Source of the DNA: Colwellia polaris
GTDB taxonomy: Archaea > Nanohalarchaeota > Nanosalinia > Nanosalinales > Nanosalinaceae
Direction: 5' to 3'
Length of the DNA: 64,000 nucleotides
Assembly: GCA_047617785.1 (NCBI GenBank)
Contig: JBLGBK010000002.1
Span: 58,605 to 122,604, forward strand
Position numbers and translations under genes: made by a program. This document shows, in pieces, positions 20,445 through 29,935 of the stretch. Below the pieces are notes generated by a model, which ran no database searches, had not been told where the DNA came from, and worked only from the letters and a program-made list of their open reading frames with translations. Within the stretch, counting starts at the first letter, position 1. Each line of letters opens with the position of its first letter.

Positions 20445-20831
20445 ATGCTAAAGGAAATTGCAGCAGTAATCCTGGTAATTGGAGCTGCTACCGCAGGAAC
20501 TCTTGGAAACTATGCAGATCGCGTAGGTCTCTCCGATGAAGGAGAGAAAAAAGCTAACTTCCTTGTAAAGCAGTATGAATGCACACAGCAAGAGTTCCAG
20601 ATTGTAAACGCAGATTCAGATTCTATATCAATTGAAAACACAGGAGAAAAGGACATATCAGAGATAGAGCTGACCTGGGAATACCAGTCCGAAAACAACA
20701 CAAAGAACACACTTCAGAACCTACAGTCCGGAGAGACGAAAACAAGAAGTACTTTAGGCACAGGAGATCTACAGGCCGCATACGCCGAAATCCCTGGCTG
20801 CATTCTCAAAACCGAGACTTACCGCCCATAA
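20445..20831 (+). CDS. secreted/membrane pilin-like protein
   Basis: N-terminal hydrophobic helix, Cys pair, ISIENTGE beta-rich domain. Confidence 0.5.
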   Translation: MLKEIAAVILVIGAATAGTLGNYADRVGLSDEGEKKANFLVKQYECTQQEFQIVNADSDSISIENTGEKDISEIELTWEYQSENNTKNTLQNLQSGETKTRSTLGTGDLQAAYAEIPGCILKTETYRP

Positions 20832-20893
20832 AGGAATCGGGCTTATAAGATTTATCTTCTAAAAACTCTACTACTTGAACAGTAAAATCACCC

Positions 20894-21019
20894 GTCTGCA
20901 CCACCATCTAGGTGGGAGGGAGAGAAAACGCAGTTCAACACCGAAAGCCTTGACCAATGTTTGAAGAGGCTGCTGCGACAAGAATTTCTCTCTTTCTCAC
21001 AAAACTAATGGGGGCGGAC
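20894..21019 (+). ncRNA. putative structured RNA (long hairpin with apical pseudoknot) in the secE 5' region
   Basis: GTCTGC/GCGGAC; 16-bp GTGGGAGGGAGAGAAA/TTTCTCTCTTTCTCAC (G-U pairs favour + strand); CGCAG/CTGCG. Confidence 0.6.
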
Positions 21020-21051
21020 ACTAAAAGGCGAACAAAGGTAAAACAAACGCA

Positions 21052-21273
21052 ATGGAACTCAACAAGGAGAACCTTGAGAAAAAGGTTTCAAAGGCACGAA
21101 ACGCTGTAAAATCCAGGATACGAGAATATCAGCGAGTGCTTAAAATATCAGAAAAACCCGATCGAGAAGAATTCGAAACCAGCGCAAAGATCACAGGTCT
21201 CGGAATTCTATTAATCGGGGTAATAGGCTTCCTGTTTTACCTGGCCGCAAACCTGATCCCTAACTACATTTAA
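21052..21273 (+). CDS. secE: protein translocase subunit SecE/Sec61gamma
   Basis: EYQRVLKISEKPDREEF..KITGLGILLIGVIGF. Confidence 0.92.
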   Translation: MELNKENLEKKVSKARNAVKSRIREYQRVLKISEKPDREEFETSAKITGLGILLIGVIGFLFYLAANLIPNYI

Positions 21274-21294
21274 GAAGAGGTTTAAACCAGAAAA

Positions 21295-21729
21295 ATGATT
21301 TTAACAGCAAGAACAACACGTGGAAGAGAGAAAAACGCTATCGAGCAGATGCGTAGCAAAATGAAGACAAGAGACTACGATATCAAAGCACTCTTCCACC
21401 CTGACGATATCGAAGGATATGTCTTCATCGAAGGAAATGAAGGCGACATCAAAGATCTAGCAGACGAGATAAGAAACGTCCGAGGAGTACTCGACAAAGA
21501 AGTAGAGATCACACAGATCGAAAAGTACCTAGATGAAGAGCAGGAAGACATCAAACTGGAGGAAGGTGACACTGTCGATGTAATCGGCGGGCCTTTCGAA
21601 GGAGAAGAAGCTAAAATCAAGAGAGTCGATGAAAACAACCGGGAAGTTACAATCGAACTGCTCGAAGCAGCAGTACCTATCCCGACAACAGTTGACGTCG
21701 ACACAGTACGTAAGAAGGCAAGCAATTAG
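21295..21729 (+). CDS. spt5: transcription elongation factor Spt5/NusG
   Basis: GYVFIE, KOW motif GGPFEGE; synteny. Confidence 0.93.
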   Translation: MILTARTTRGREKNAIEQMRSKMKTRDYDIKALFHPDDIEGYVFIEGNEGDIKDLADEIRNVRGVLDKEVEITQIEKYLDEEQEDIKLEEGDTVDVIGGPFEGEEAKIKRVDENNREVTIELLEAAVPIPTTVDVDTVRKKASN

Positions 21730-21744
21730 AGGTAACACAATACT

Positions 21745-22245
21745 ATGGGAGACAAGACCACAATTAACACACTCGTGGAAGGAGGGTCAGCATCCGCTGG
21801 ACCTCCGCTAGGACCAGAACTAGGACCGCTACCCGTCGACGTAGGCGCGGTAGTAGGTAAAATCAACGAAAAAACCAAGGACTTCGAAGGCATGGAAGTA
21901 CCAGTCGACGTCATAGTCGACGAGGAAACTGGAGACTTCGAGATCGAGGTCGGAAAGCCACCAGCAGCCCAGCTAATCATCGATGAACTGGGAATCGAAA
22001 AAGGCTCAGGTGAACCTAACAAGAACAAAGTAGCTGACATGAGCTTTGAACAGGCGTGCAAAGTCGCACGTATGAAGGACACCGACCTACTCGGAATGGA
22101 TCTTCGGGGAGCTGTCAAAGAGATCATCGGAACAGCTCAGTCAATGGGAATCACCATCGACGGAGAAGACGCATACGAAGTCCAGCAGAAAATCAAAAAC
22201 GGCGAATACGACGATCAGCTTGAAGCCGAAGAAGGTATCGAATAG
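21745..22245 (+). CDS. rpl11: 50S ribosomal protein L11
   Basis: GGSASAGPPLGPELGP; GAGGT SD upstream. Confidence 0.96.
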   Translation: MGDKTTINTLVEGGSASAGPPLGPELGPLPVDVGAVVGKINEKTKDFEGMEVPVDVIVDEETGDFEIEVGKPPAAQLIIDELGIEKGSGEPNKNKVADMSFEQACKVARMKDTDLLGMDLRGAVKEIIGTAQSMGITIDGEDAYEVQQKIKNGEYDDQLEAEEGIE

Positions 22246-22256
22246 GTGAATAAAAA

Positions 22257-22883
22257 GTGAATTTCGAAGAAGCAGTACAGAAAGCACTGGAAGAAAGAGA
22301 AGAAAGAAACTTCAGCGAAAGCATCGATCTGATATTCAACTTCAAGGATATCGATCTAAGCGACCCTGACAACAGATTCAATGAAGACTTCAAACTTCCT
22401 TTCCAGGCAGACGACGAAGTTAAAATCGCAGTAATAGGAGACACACTCGTCAACAACGCAGAAAACGCAGACGGCGAGATTACAGAAGACGAACTGGAAG
22501 AGTACTTCGACAACCCAAGCGATGCAAAGGAACTGGCAGACGAATACAGTTTCCTGATAGCAGAAGCACCTCTGATGCCTAAGATTGGAGGACAGTTAGG
22601 ACAGGTACTCGGACCGCGCAACATGATGCCAGATCCAATGCCACCAGGAAGCGATCCAACAGAAGAAATCGAACAGCTAAGAAATACAGTCACACTAAGA
22701 CTTCGTGAAGACCCACTAATGCAGATCAAGGTCGGAACCGAAGACAAAGACGCAGAAGACGTTGCAAGAAACGCTTCCTCAGTCTACGATTTCGTAAGAG
22801 GTCACCTGGAGAAGGGAGACAACCAGATCAAGTCAATCCTGGTCAAAACCACCATGGGTAGCCCAGTAGAGGTGGAGAACTAA
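22257..22883 (+). CDS. rpl1: 50S ribosomal protein L1
   Basis: RNFSESIDL, LGPRNMMP, KTTMG; GTG start. Confidence 0.96.
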   Translation: MNFEEAVQKALEEREERNFSESIDLIFNFKDIDLSDPDNRFNEDFKLPFQADDEVKIAVIGDTLVNNAENADGEITEDELEEYFDNPSDAKELADEYSFLIAEAPLMPKIGGQLGQVLGPRNMMPDPMPPGSDPTEEIEQLRNTVTLRLREDPLMQIKVGTEDKDAEDVARNASSVYDFVRGHLEKGDNQIKSILVKTTMGSPVEVEN

Positions 22884-23815
22884 TGGTACAACCAACCCCA
22901 AAGAACATGACCCGTGAAGAAAAAGAGGAGAAGGTAGAGTTCTTCAAACAGAGAATTGAAGACAACCCAGTAATAGGAATCCTCGACATGAACAACCTTC
23001 CTTCACGACAGCTACAACAGATCAAGAAGGACATGAAGGACTTCTCCGACATCAAGATGAGTCGAAAGACCTTGATCAACATCGCAATAGAGAAGTCAGA
23101 TAAAGAGGGCATCGAACAGCTTGAAGAAGAAAACGAAGCTGTACAGCCAGCATTCATCTTCTCCGAGAAAGATCCTTTCCAGCTATACCAATTGATCAAA
23201 GAGAACAAGACTTCTGCAGCAGCAGACGGAGGAGAAGTCGCACCTAACGACATCGAAATCCCTGAAGGAGACACAGGAATCGGTCCAGGGCCTATGCTTG
23301 GAAAACTGCAGAGCGCAGGAGCGCAGGTACAGGTAGACGACGGATCAATCCACGTGCAGAAGCCAGCAGTACTAGTCGAAAAAGGAGAAGTAATAACAGA
23401 AGACGACGCAGAAATCCTGAACCAAATGGGAATCGAGCCACTCGAAATTGGGCTCGACCTAGACATCGCATACAACGACGGAGAAATCTTTGCAGCAGAA
23501 GCACTTGATATCGACACCGATCAGTACAGAGCAGATGTCGAAGCAGCAGCAAGCAGAGCATTCAACCTTGCAGTCAACGCAGGACTTGTCAACGAAACAA
23601 CAGCACCAACACTTCTCAAAGAAGCAGTCAGGAAAGCGAAGAACCTCGCAATTAGCGAAGGACTTCCAGAAGAAGAGACAATCGAAGAAGCAATTAGCTA
23701 CGCTGCATCTGGAGCAGAAGCAGTCGATTCAGAAGTCGACCTCGAATCAGTTGACCTTGAAGACGAAGAAACTGAAGACAAGGACACAGAAGAATCAGAG
23801 GAAGAAGAGGAATAA
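22883..23815 (+). CDS. rpl10: 50S ribosomal protein L10 (P0)
   Basis: QLQQI, SRKTLI, GDTGIGPGP, acidic tail. Confidence 0.95.
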   Translation: MVQPTPKNMTREEKEEKVEFFKQRIEDNPVIGILDMNNLPSRQLQQIKKDMKDFSDIKMSRKTLINIAIEKSDKEGIEQLEEENEAVQPAFIFSEKDPFQLYQLIKENKTSAAADGGEVAPNDIEIPEGDTGIGPGPMLGKLQSAGAQVQVDDGSIHVQKPAVLVEKGEVITEDDAEILNQMGIEPLEIGLDLDIAYNDGEIFAAEALDIDTDQYRADVEAAASRAFNLAVNAGLVNETTAPTLLKEAVRKAKNLAISEGLPEEETIEEAISYAASGAEAVDSEVDLESVDLEDEETEDKDTEESEEEEE

Positions 23816-23845
23816 CCACCCTCTCTCCTTCTTTTTCTACATTAT
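23816..23845 (+). terminator. pyrimidine-rich (C/U-tract) terminator after rpl10
   Basis: CCACCCTCTCTCCTTCTTTTTCTAC directly after the stop codon. Confidence 0.5.
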
Positions 23846-23846
23846 T

Positions 23847-24551
23847 CTAATTTCTAATCATATTTCTGACCTTTGAAGACTCTTCAGATATCAACTGCTG
23901 AATCATATCCGCATCATTTCGGGCAATCGCCAACTCCAATTTCTTATCACGAGAATAAAGTTCGCCATCAAATCCGGACGCAGAGATCCTTTTATCACGG
24001 GCTCTCACACAGTCATCTTCTATACTGCCGATTTCATCTACTAAAGCAGCCAGATCCTCTTGATAATTCATTTTCCGAAATACTCTGTGAACGTACTTGG
24101 GATATCTTACTTCGTATCGGTCTCGAGAATAAGACTTGTAAGGAACATTAAGATCATCTAATAGTTGCTGGAAACGAGAGTAAAGACCAGAATCCCCGGT
24201 TATGTAGAACGGCACCTGTTTTTCGTTGACCTTAACAGATTCTTGAACCCTTGTTAGAAGTTCAGCGTTTTCAGGAATAGGAAATCTAGCTTCCCATTCT
24301 TTACCACGCCCTTTTCCTTTAACAGACTTTATCTTAGATGGATTCTCTCCCATTAAACGCTTCACGAACTTTATCGGGAGAAAACCGCCTTTATTCTTCC
24401 AATTATACATTTTGGATGCGGAGAAATCAAAGGCCTCACTTAACTGTTTAACTCCGCCGAACTCATTGACCCTATGCCAGAGTTCATCAGTACCTTCTTC
24501 TGTGAGTTTGACACGAGTTTCTTCTGGCAAATCGGAAAAATCAATACTCAT
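23847..24551 (-). CDS. hypothetical protein with N-terminal HTH-like segment
   Basis: GVKQLSEAFDFSASKMYNWKN helix-turn-helix pattern; lies between rpl10 and rpl12. Confidence 0.65.
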   Translation of the reverse strand: MSIDFSDLPEETRVKLTEEGTDELWHRVNEFGGVKQLSEAFDFSASKMYNWKNKGGFLPIKFVKRLMGENPSKIKSVKGKGRGKEWEARFPIPENAELLTRVQESVKVNEKQVPFYITGDSGLYSRFQQLLDDLNVPYKSYSRDRYEVRYPKYVHRVFRKMNYQEDLAALVDEIGSIEDDCVRARDKRISASGFDGELYSRDKKLELAIARNDADMIQQLISEESSKVRNMIRN

Positions 24552-24621
24552 TTGTATTCAATTATGCAGAGGAGTTATTTAAGGGTTAGTAAAGGACTAC
24601 TGGAGTATTGGTGAAACAATA

Positions 24622-24927
24622 ATGGAACTAATCTACGCAGCACTAACACTTTCCGAAGCAGACAAAGAAATCAACGAAGACAACCTACAAGACATCGTAG
24701 ACGCAGCAGGTCTAGATGTTGAAGATTCAGAAATCGCAGCACTAGTAGCAGCACTAGAAGACGTTGATATCGAAGAAGCAATGGAAACAGCAGTCGCTGG
24801 CGGCGCAGCACCAGCACCATCCGGAGATTCCGGAGCAGAAGAAGCTGACGAAGAAGAAGAGGAAGAAGAGGAAGAAGACGAAGCTGACGAAGAAGAAGCA
24901 GCTGAAGGACTAGGAAACATGTTCTAA
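24622..24927 (+). CDS. rpl12: 50S ribosomal protein L12 (P1)
   Basis: MELIYAAL.., Ala/Glu hinge, AAEGLGNMF C-terminus. Confidence 0.95.
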   Translation: MELIYAALTLSEADKEINEDNLQDIVDAAGLDVEDSEIAALVAALEDVDIEEAMETAVAGGAAPAPSGDSGAEEADEEEEEEEEEDEADEEEAAEGLGNMF

Positions 24928-24931
24928 AGTA

Positions 24932-24990
24932 GAGAGCAACCTGCTCTCGAAACCTTTTCTTCATCTATCCCTCTTTTCTCTAATTTTTTC
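24932..24990 (+). terminator. hairpin plus pyrimidine tract after rpl12
   Basis: GAGAGCA-ACC-TGCTCTC followed by T/C-rich runs. Confidence 0.5.
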
Positions 24991-25042
24991 TTGTACACCT
25001 AACTCACAGCAGATAAAAAAATAGGTCCGCAAACTCTGACCT

Positions 25043-27835
25043 ATGAAAGGCCTCGACCAACTCAAAGACGAAATACAGGAAGAAGCAAGCGACAACCCTG
25101 AGAAATTCTTCGCAACAGACGTACTCAAAGAAAAAGGATTCCATCGAGGTCGGTGCAGCAACTGCGGACTATACTTCTGGAGCAACAATCCCGATAGAGA
25201 AATCTGCGGCGAACCAGAATGCGGTGACGGATACACATTCATCAACGATTCTCCGACAGACGTAGAACTGACACATACTGAAAGCTGGGAAATATTCCAG
25301 GACTTCATGCAGAAACGCGGATACACTTCAATCGACCGTTACCCTGTAGTCGCACGCTGGAGAGATGACGTCGAGTTCACAGAGGCAAGCATCTACTGCT
25401 TCCAGCCATACGTAGTCAACGGAGAAGCAGAACCTCCAGCAGACGAACTAATCATACCACAGCCTTCTCTACGGTTCAACGACGTTGACAATGTAGGAAT
25501 AACCGGCCGACACTACACCAACTTCACCATGATAGGTCAGGTATGCTTCCAGCCACCAGAAAAATACGATCAAGACAGGTACTTCCGAGACATGTTCGAA
25601 TTTGCAGTTGAAGAGTTAGGAATTCCTGAAGAAAAACTTATACTGCACGAAGACAGCTGGGGCGGGGGAGGAAACCTCGGAGCATGCATGGAGTTCTTCG
25701 TCGATGGGCTCGAACTCTGGAACCAGGTCTACATGTTCTACAAACAGACTCCAAACGGCTACGAGGACCTCGACCTCAAAGTACTAGACATGGGAATGGG
25801 ACACGAAAGAATCACCTGGATCTCCCGAGGAACAGAAACTTCCTACGAATCAGTCATGCCGGAAACGCTGGAAAAAATGAAGAAGCAGACCGGACTCGAA
25901 ATAGATCAAGAAGTCTGGGAGAAGTTCCTTCCCCACAGCAGCGAACTAAACATCGACGAAGTAGAAGATATCGACGAGAAATGGAAGGAAGTTGCTGAGA
26001 AAATCGATAAAGACGTGGACGATTTAAAAGATGCTATCAAGCCGGCAGCAGCACTATACAGCATTGCAGAACACAGTCGCGCACTTATATTCGCATTAGC
26101 TGATGGAAAAATACCAAGCAACACCGGAGGCGGCTACAACCTCCGAATGATCTACCGGAGAGCCAAAGATTTCATCCAGAAATACGACTGGGATCTAGAC
26201 ATGAAAAAAGTCGCTAGATGGAACGCTGAAGAACTGGAACCGATGTTCCCAGAGCTTCTAGCATCTATGGATGAAATTGAGGAGGTATTGGAAGTTGAAG
26301 CGGAGAAATACGAGAAAGCACGTGAAAAGGCACGTGAAAAACTGGAAGAGTTCGACGAGCAACCGTCAATGGAAAAACTGACGGAACTTTACGAAAGTCA
26401 CGGCGTTTCTCCAGAGATGATGGAAGAGCACGGCTTTGAAGTACCTGAAGATTTCTACACCCGGCTCGGACAGGAGGAAGAAACAGTTAAAGCTGCAGAG
26501 GAAGGCTTTGGCATTGGAGATATTCCGGATACAGAGAAACTTTACTACGACGAACGTGAGCCATACCGCCAGGAAGATGGATCTACCGATCACTTCAACT
26601 TCAAGGCCAAGATACTGAAGATAATAGACGAGGAATGGATTGTTCTTGACAAGACGATGTTCTACCCACAAGGAGGAGGACAGCGGTACGATATCGGAAA
26701 ACTGAACGGCTGCCAAGTTGAAGAAGTGCAAAAACAGGGAAACGTTGTACTCCACAGACTACCAGAACATGTTCTTGAAGAAGGGCAGCGCATAAAGGGA
26801 GTCGTCAACGGCAAGAAGAGAAAACAGTTAACCCAGCACCACTCGACGACCCACATGGTGAACGCTGCAGCCCGCGAAGAACTCGGCGAACATATCTATC
26901 AGGCCGGAGCAAACAAGACACTCGAAAAAGCCCGGCTTGACATCACTCACTACGAGAAACCAGATAGAGAGACACTTGACGAGATCGAGGCACGAGTAAA
27001 GAAAATGATAGAAGAAGATCACACTATTGAAGTCCTAGAGATGCCGAAATCCAAGGCAGAACAGGAGTACGGCTTCAGGATCTACCAGGGCGGCGCACCA
27101 CCAGGCAACACAATAAGACTGATCGATATTGAAGATATAGATATCGAAGCATGCGGCGGAACACACCTGACACAAACCTCACACGCAGAAGAGTTCTACA
27201 TTACAGGTTGTAAAAGAATTCAGGACGGCGTTGCCCGACTTGAATACAAAGCAGGAGAAGCAGCTGAAAAACACATAAAAGAAATCAACAAGAGAATGGA
27301 AGAGTCTGCAGAAATACTAAAAACTTCTCTGAAGACAGATCCTCGACTAGCTCAGAGGGAACTATGCAAAGAGTTCTCAGTAGAACCTGAACAGCTACTC
27401 GATACACTAAAGAGATTCCAAGATGAACTAGACGAATTCAGAGACAAGATTCAGAAACTATCCGACTTCCTAGATAAGAAAAGCACGCTGGAAGAGATAG
27501 AAGGTGATAAAGTAGTTGACAAGGCTCGGAAAGTCTTCCAGAATAGAAAAGAAAGAGAAAAAACTGTGGAAAATCTAGAATCAGAGATAGAAGGGTTTGT
27601 GGAGAAAGAGTTAGAAGATAAAAACGATCTGAAGCTAGAAATCCCTACAGAAAACATTGGACTGTTAATCCAAGTTGTTCAGAAGCTTTCATCAAAGCAC
27701 TCAGCCAGAATAACTTTGATAGGCGATAAAGGCGGCGTCAGTGCTTCAGGCAATAATCTTGACGCTCGAGAACCTCTTGAAGAACACTTTGAGAACGCGC
27801 AGGGAGACGAAGGGTTTGCAAAGGCATTTAACTGA
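25043..27835 (+). CDS. alaS: alanyl-tRNA synthetase (archaeal)
   Basis: YPVVARWRDD, ASIYCFQP, DMGMGHER, HHSTTH and EACGGTH editing motifs. Confidence 0.96.
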   Translation: MKGLDQLKDEIQEEASDNPEKFFATDVLKEKGFHRGRCSNCGLYFWSNNPDREICGEPECGDGYTFINDSPTDVELTHTESWEIFQDFMQKRGYTSIDRYPVVARWRDDVEFTEASIYCFQPYVVNGEAEPPADELIIPQPSLRFNDVDNVGITGRHYTNFTMIGQVCFQPPEKYDQDRYFRDMFEFAVEELGIPEEKLILHEDSWGGGGNLGACMEFFVDGLELWNQVYMFYKQTPNGYEDLDLKVLDMGMGHERITWISRGTETSYESVMPETLEKMKKQTGLEIDQEVWEKFLPHSSELNIDEVEDIDEKWKEVAEKIDKDVDDLKDAIKPAAALYSIAEHSRALIFALADGKIPSNTGGGYNLRMIYRRAKDFIQKYDWDLDMKKVARWNAEELEPMFPELLASMDEIEEVLEVEAEKYEKAREKAREKLEEFDEQPSMEKLTELYESHGVSPEMMEEHGFEVPEDFYTRLGQEEETVKAAEEGFGIGDIPDTEKLYYDEREPYRQEDGSTDHFNFKAKILKIIDEEWIVLDKTMFYPQGGGQRYDIGKLNGCQVEEVQKQGNVVLHRLPEHVLEEGQRIKGVVNGKKRKQLTQHHSTTHMVNAAAREELGEHIYQAGANKTLEKARLDITHYEKPDRETLDEIEARVKKMIEEDHTIEVLEMPKSKAEQEYGFRIYQGGAPPGNTIRLIDIEDIDIEACGGTHLTQTSHAEEFYITGCKRIQDGVARLEYKAGEAAEKHIKEINKRMEESAEILKTSLKTDPRLAQRELCKEFSVEPEQLLDTLKRFQDELDEFRDKIQKLSDFLDKKSTLEEIEGDKVVDKARKVFQNRKEREKTVENLESEIEGFVEKELEDKNDLKLEIPTENIGLLIQVVQKLSSKHSARITLIGDKGGVSASGNNLDAREPLEEHFENAQGDEGFAKAFN

Positions 27836-27882
27836 TTATAGGCTCCTAGAACAATATGTGGAAGTAAGAAGTGTCCCTAGAT

Positions 27883-28440
27883 TTAAACACAGGTGTTCAA
27901 TGTAGCATCGTTTGGATACTCTATAATTACCTGACAGATTGACTCTGTTAACTGATTTGTATCAATAGATGTTACATTCTCAAATGTCTGTATACGCGGG
28001 CTTCCCTGCCGAGTTACTCCTCCATTAACTATTATTGCAGGATAATCAGAGATACCTGCTGAGTTAAGCAGCCGGCCTGAGTCGCTGTCAGTAAGTTCTA
28101 CATAGGTTACATTTCCGAATATCTCATTTAGCTGTTTGAGACCTGTCAGAAGTTGCTTCTGACTTTCATTACCCGAGTCATAGTAGCCAGTAATGAATAC
28201 CTTTGATTCCGTAACTGCCAAATACATTTTCTCGTTATCCGAGAGGTTGTAGCCTGTTGAAGAGTAATGACTGTCAGGAAGTTCTGCATCCATTTCGTCA
28301 CCGTTATCCGGAGAGGTCGGCGTCTGTATCAGACTAGACATTGAGGCCATACCTCCGAATGTAAATCCTGCAGCCATAATAAGTCCGAAGAAAACCACTC
28401 CGTAACGTTTCAGATCAGATTTTGATACGTCCATACACAA
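27883..28440 (-). CDS. membrane-anchored thioredoxin-like-fold hypothetical protein
   Basis: N-terminal TM helix, GISDYPAIIV cis-Pro-like motif, C-terminal Cys pair. Confidence 0.55.
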   Translation of the reverse strand: MCMDVSKSDLKRYGVVFFGLIMAAGFTFGGMASMSSLIQTPTSPDNGDEMDAELPDSHYSSTGYNLSDNEKMYLAVTESKVFITGYYDSGNESQKQLLTGLKQLNEIFGNVTYVELTDSDSGRLLNSAGISDYPAIIVNGGVTRQGSPRIQTFENVTSIDTNQLTESICQVIIEYPNDATLNTCV

Positions 28441-28522
28441 ACATTATGGATGGTGAAATATTAAAGAAGTACCTATAAACACAGGGATATTTCTAAAAGA
28501 GTGTAGAAGATTATTGACTCAT

Positions 28523-28924
28523 ATGATAATAGGCGTCAACATAGATTCTATCGATGCAAACAAAAAAGCGGCAACACAGGGAAACGTACAGGTAAACTAC
28601 CAGCCTGAAATCAAGAATGTTGAAGAAGCAACAGTCAACGCATTCGACGAAAAAGTCGCAAGAATAGAATTCGAGTTCGGAGTAGTTTACAACTCTAACA
28701 ACCAAGAAGCAGCTCGAATCGACATGGGAGGAAACGTCATCTGGAAAGGAGGACTTGAAGAAATACTAGAACAGTGGGAAGAAGACGAGTCACTACCAGA
28801 AGAAATGGAAGTACAGCTGATGAACGAACTTTACAGAAAACTTCTCTCAGAGGCTGTAGGCGTAGCAAACACGCTCAATCTTCTGCCGCCAATTCCAACG
28901 CCAAAAGTCGAGAAACCGCAATAA
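28523..28924 (+). CDS. conserved archaeal protein, SecB-like fold predicted
   Basis: beta-rich IEFEFGVVY..IDMGGNV then helix and LPPIPTP tail. Confidence 0.55.
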   Translation: MIIGVNIDSIDANKKAATQGNVQVNYQPEIKNVEEATVNAFDEKVARIEFEFGVVYNSNNQEAARIDMGGNVIWKGGLEEILEQWEEDESLPEEMEVQLMNELYRKLLSEAVGVANTLNLLPPIPTPKVEKPQ

Positions 28925-28946
28925 AAAAGCGGCGCTCTCTTTTCCT

Positions 28947-29159
28947 CTATTCTCTTTTAACGCCTGCTAGACGCATCTGAGTTCCTAAAGCCTCTTTAGT
29001 ATAAGTAAAAACTTTTCCATCTCGTTCAAGTATGTTGAGACAGCGATGCACATCATTTTGTGGCCATCCGAGCTCCCTGGATAGATGTGCAGCCGAAGGT
29101 TTGTTTCCCTCATCAACTACTTCCCGTATCTTTTCATGTAGTTCTTCCTGCCGGCTCAT
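28947..29159 (-). CDS. small winged-HTH protein
   Basis: SAAHLSRELGWPQNDVHRCLNILERDGKV. Probable start MSRQ at 29159. Confidence 0.7.
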   Translation of the reverse strand: MSRQEELHEKIREVVDEGNKPSAAHLSRELGWPQNDVHRCLNILERDGKVFTYTKEALGTQMRLAGVKRE

Positions 29160-29201
29160 AACATAGGTTTTATGTCGCACCGACAAAAAGACTTCTGTTA
29201 T

Positions 29202-29414
29202 ATGAAAAGTGAGGAAACAGAGGAAGCTGAAGAGATAATCAACCAGCTCGAACATGATATCAAAGAGGTAGAGAACGAGTTTGATGAGGCCAAGAAAGAG
29301 GACGCCGATCCTGAAACATTAGAGAAACAGGAGAAAGCGGAGAAGCTTATACAGCAGATTGAAGGCCAGTTAGACTATCTCAAGCAACACATGAATGATG
29401 AGGAAAAGGAATAA
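29202..29414 (+). CDS. small acidic coiled-coil protein
   Basis: ORF from MKSEE; heptad pattern. Confidence 0.6.
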   Translation: MKSEETEEAEEIINQLEHDIKEVENEFDEAKKEDADPETLEKQEKAEKLIQQIEGQLDYLKQHMNDEEKE

Positions 29415-29452
29415 AAGATTTTATAGACATAAACAAAACAGGTGTATCAACC

Positions 29453-29869
29453 ATGAGAAGACTAAACCGACGCGACGGCCTGGACGACATATTTGAACAA
29501 ATGCAAAGATTTGCTGAAGGCGTTCAGGAAAAAGGCATGAGCCTGGCAGAAAGTGGAATCCCTGTAGATATACAGGAGGACGATGAAGAAATAAAGATCA
29601 CAGCAGACCTTCCCGGAGTACAGAAAGAAGACATCAATCTGAAAGCTGACGAAGATGGAATAAGCATCACAGCCGAACACGAAGCAGAGATTGAGGAAGA
29701 GAACGAGAAATACGTACGACGTGAAAGAAGCAGAAAGACGTATCAGAGAACTGTTCGATGGCCTGCAGAAGTAAATCCAGAATCAATCACCGCAAACTAC
29801 GAAAACGGCGTACTGAAGATCACAGCTGAAAAAGTAGAATCAGAAGGCCACAACATCGATATAGAATAA
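29453..29869 (+). CDS. hsp20: small heat shock protein Hsp20
   Basis: ADLPGVQKEDI, ANYENGVLKI, IDIE C-terminal IxI motif. Confidence 0.93.
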   Translation: MRRLNRRDGLDDIFEQMQRFAEGVQEKGMSLAESGIPVDIQEDDEEIKITADLPGVQKEDINLKADEDGISITAEHEAEIEEENEKYVRRERSRKTYQRTVRWPAEVNPESITANYENGVLKITAEKVESEGHNIDIE

Positions 29870-29935
29870 TTTCTTGCACCACCCCTCTTTCCTTTCTACA
29901 TTTTATTTTAAACTGTCTTCCCTAATCTACCACAT

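Noticed and set aside
24835-24905. GAA-rich tandem repeats
   Set aside because: They encode the normal acidic hinge of P1/L12.
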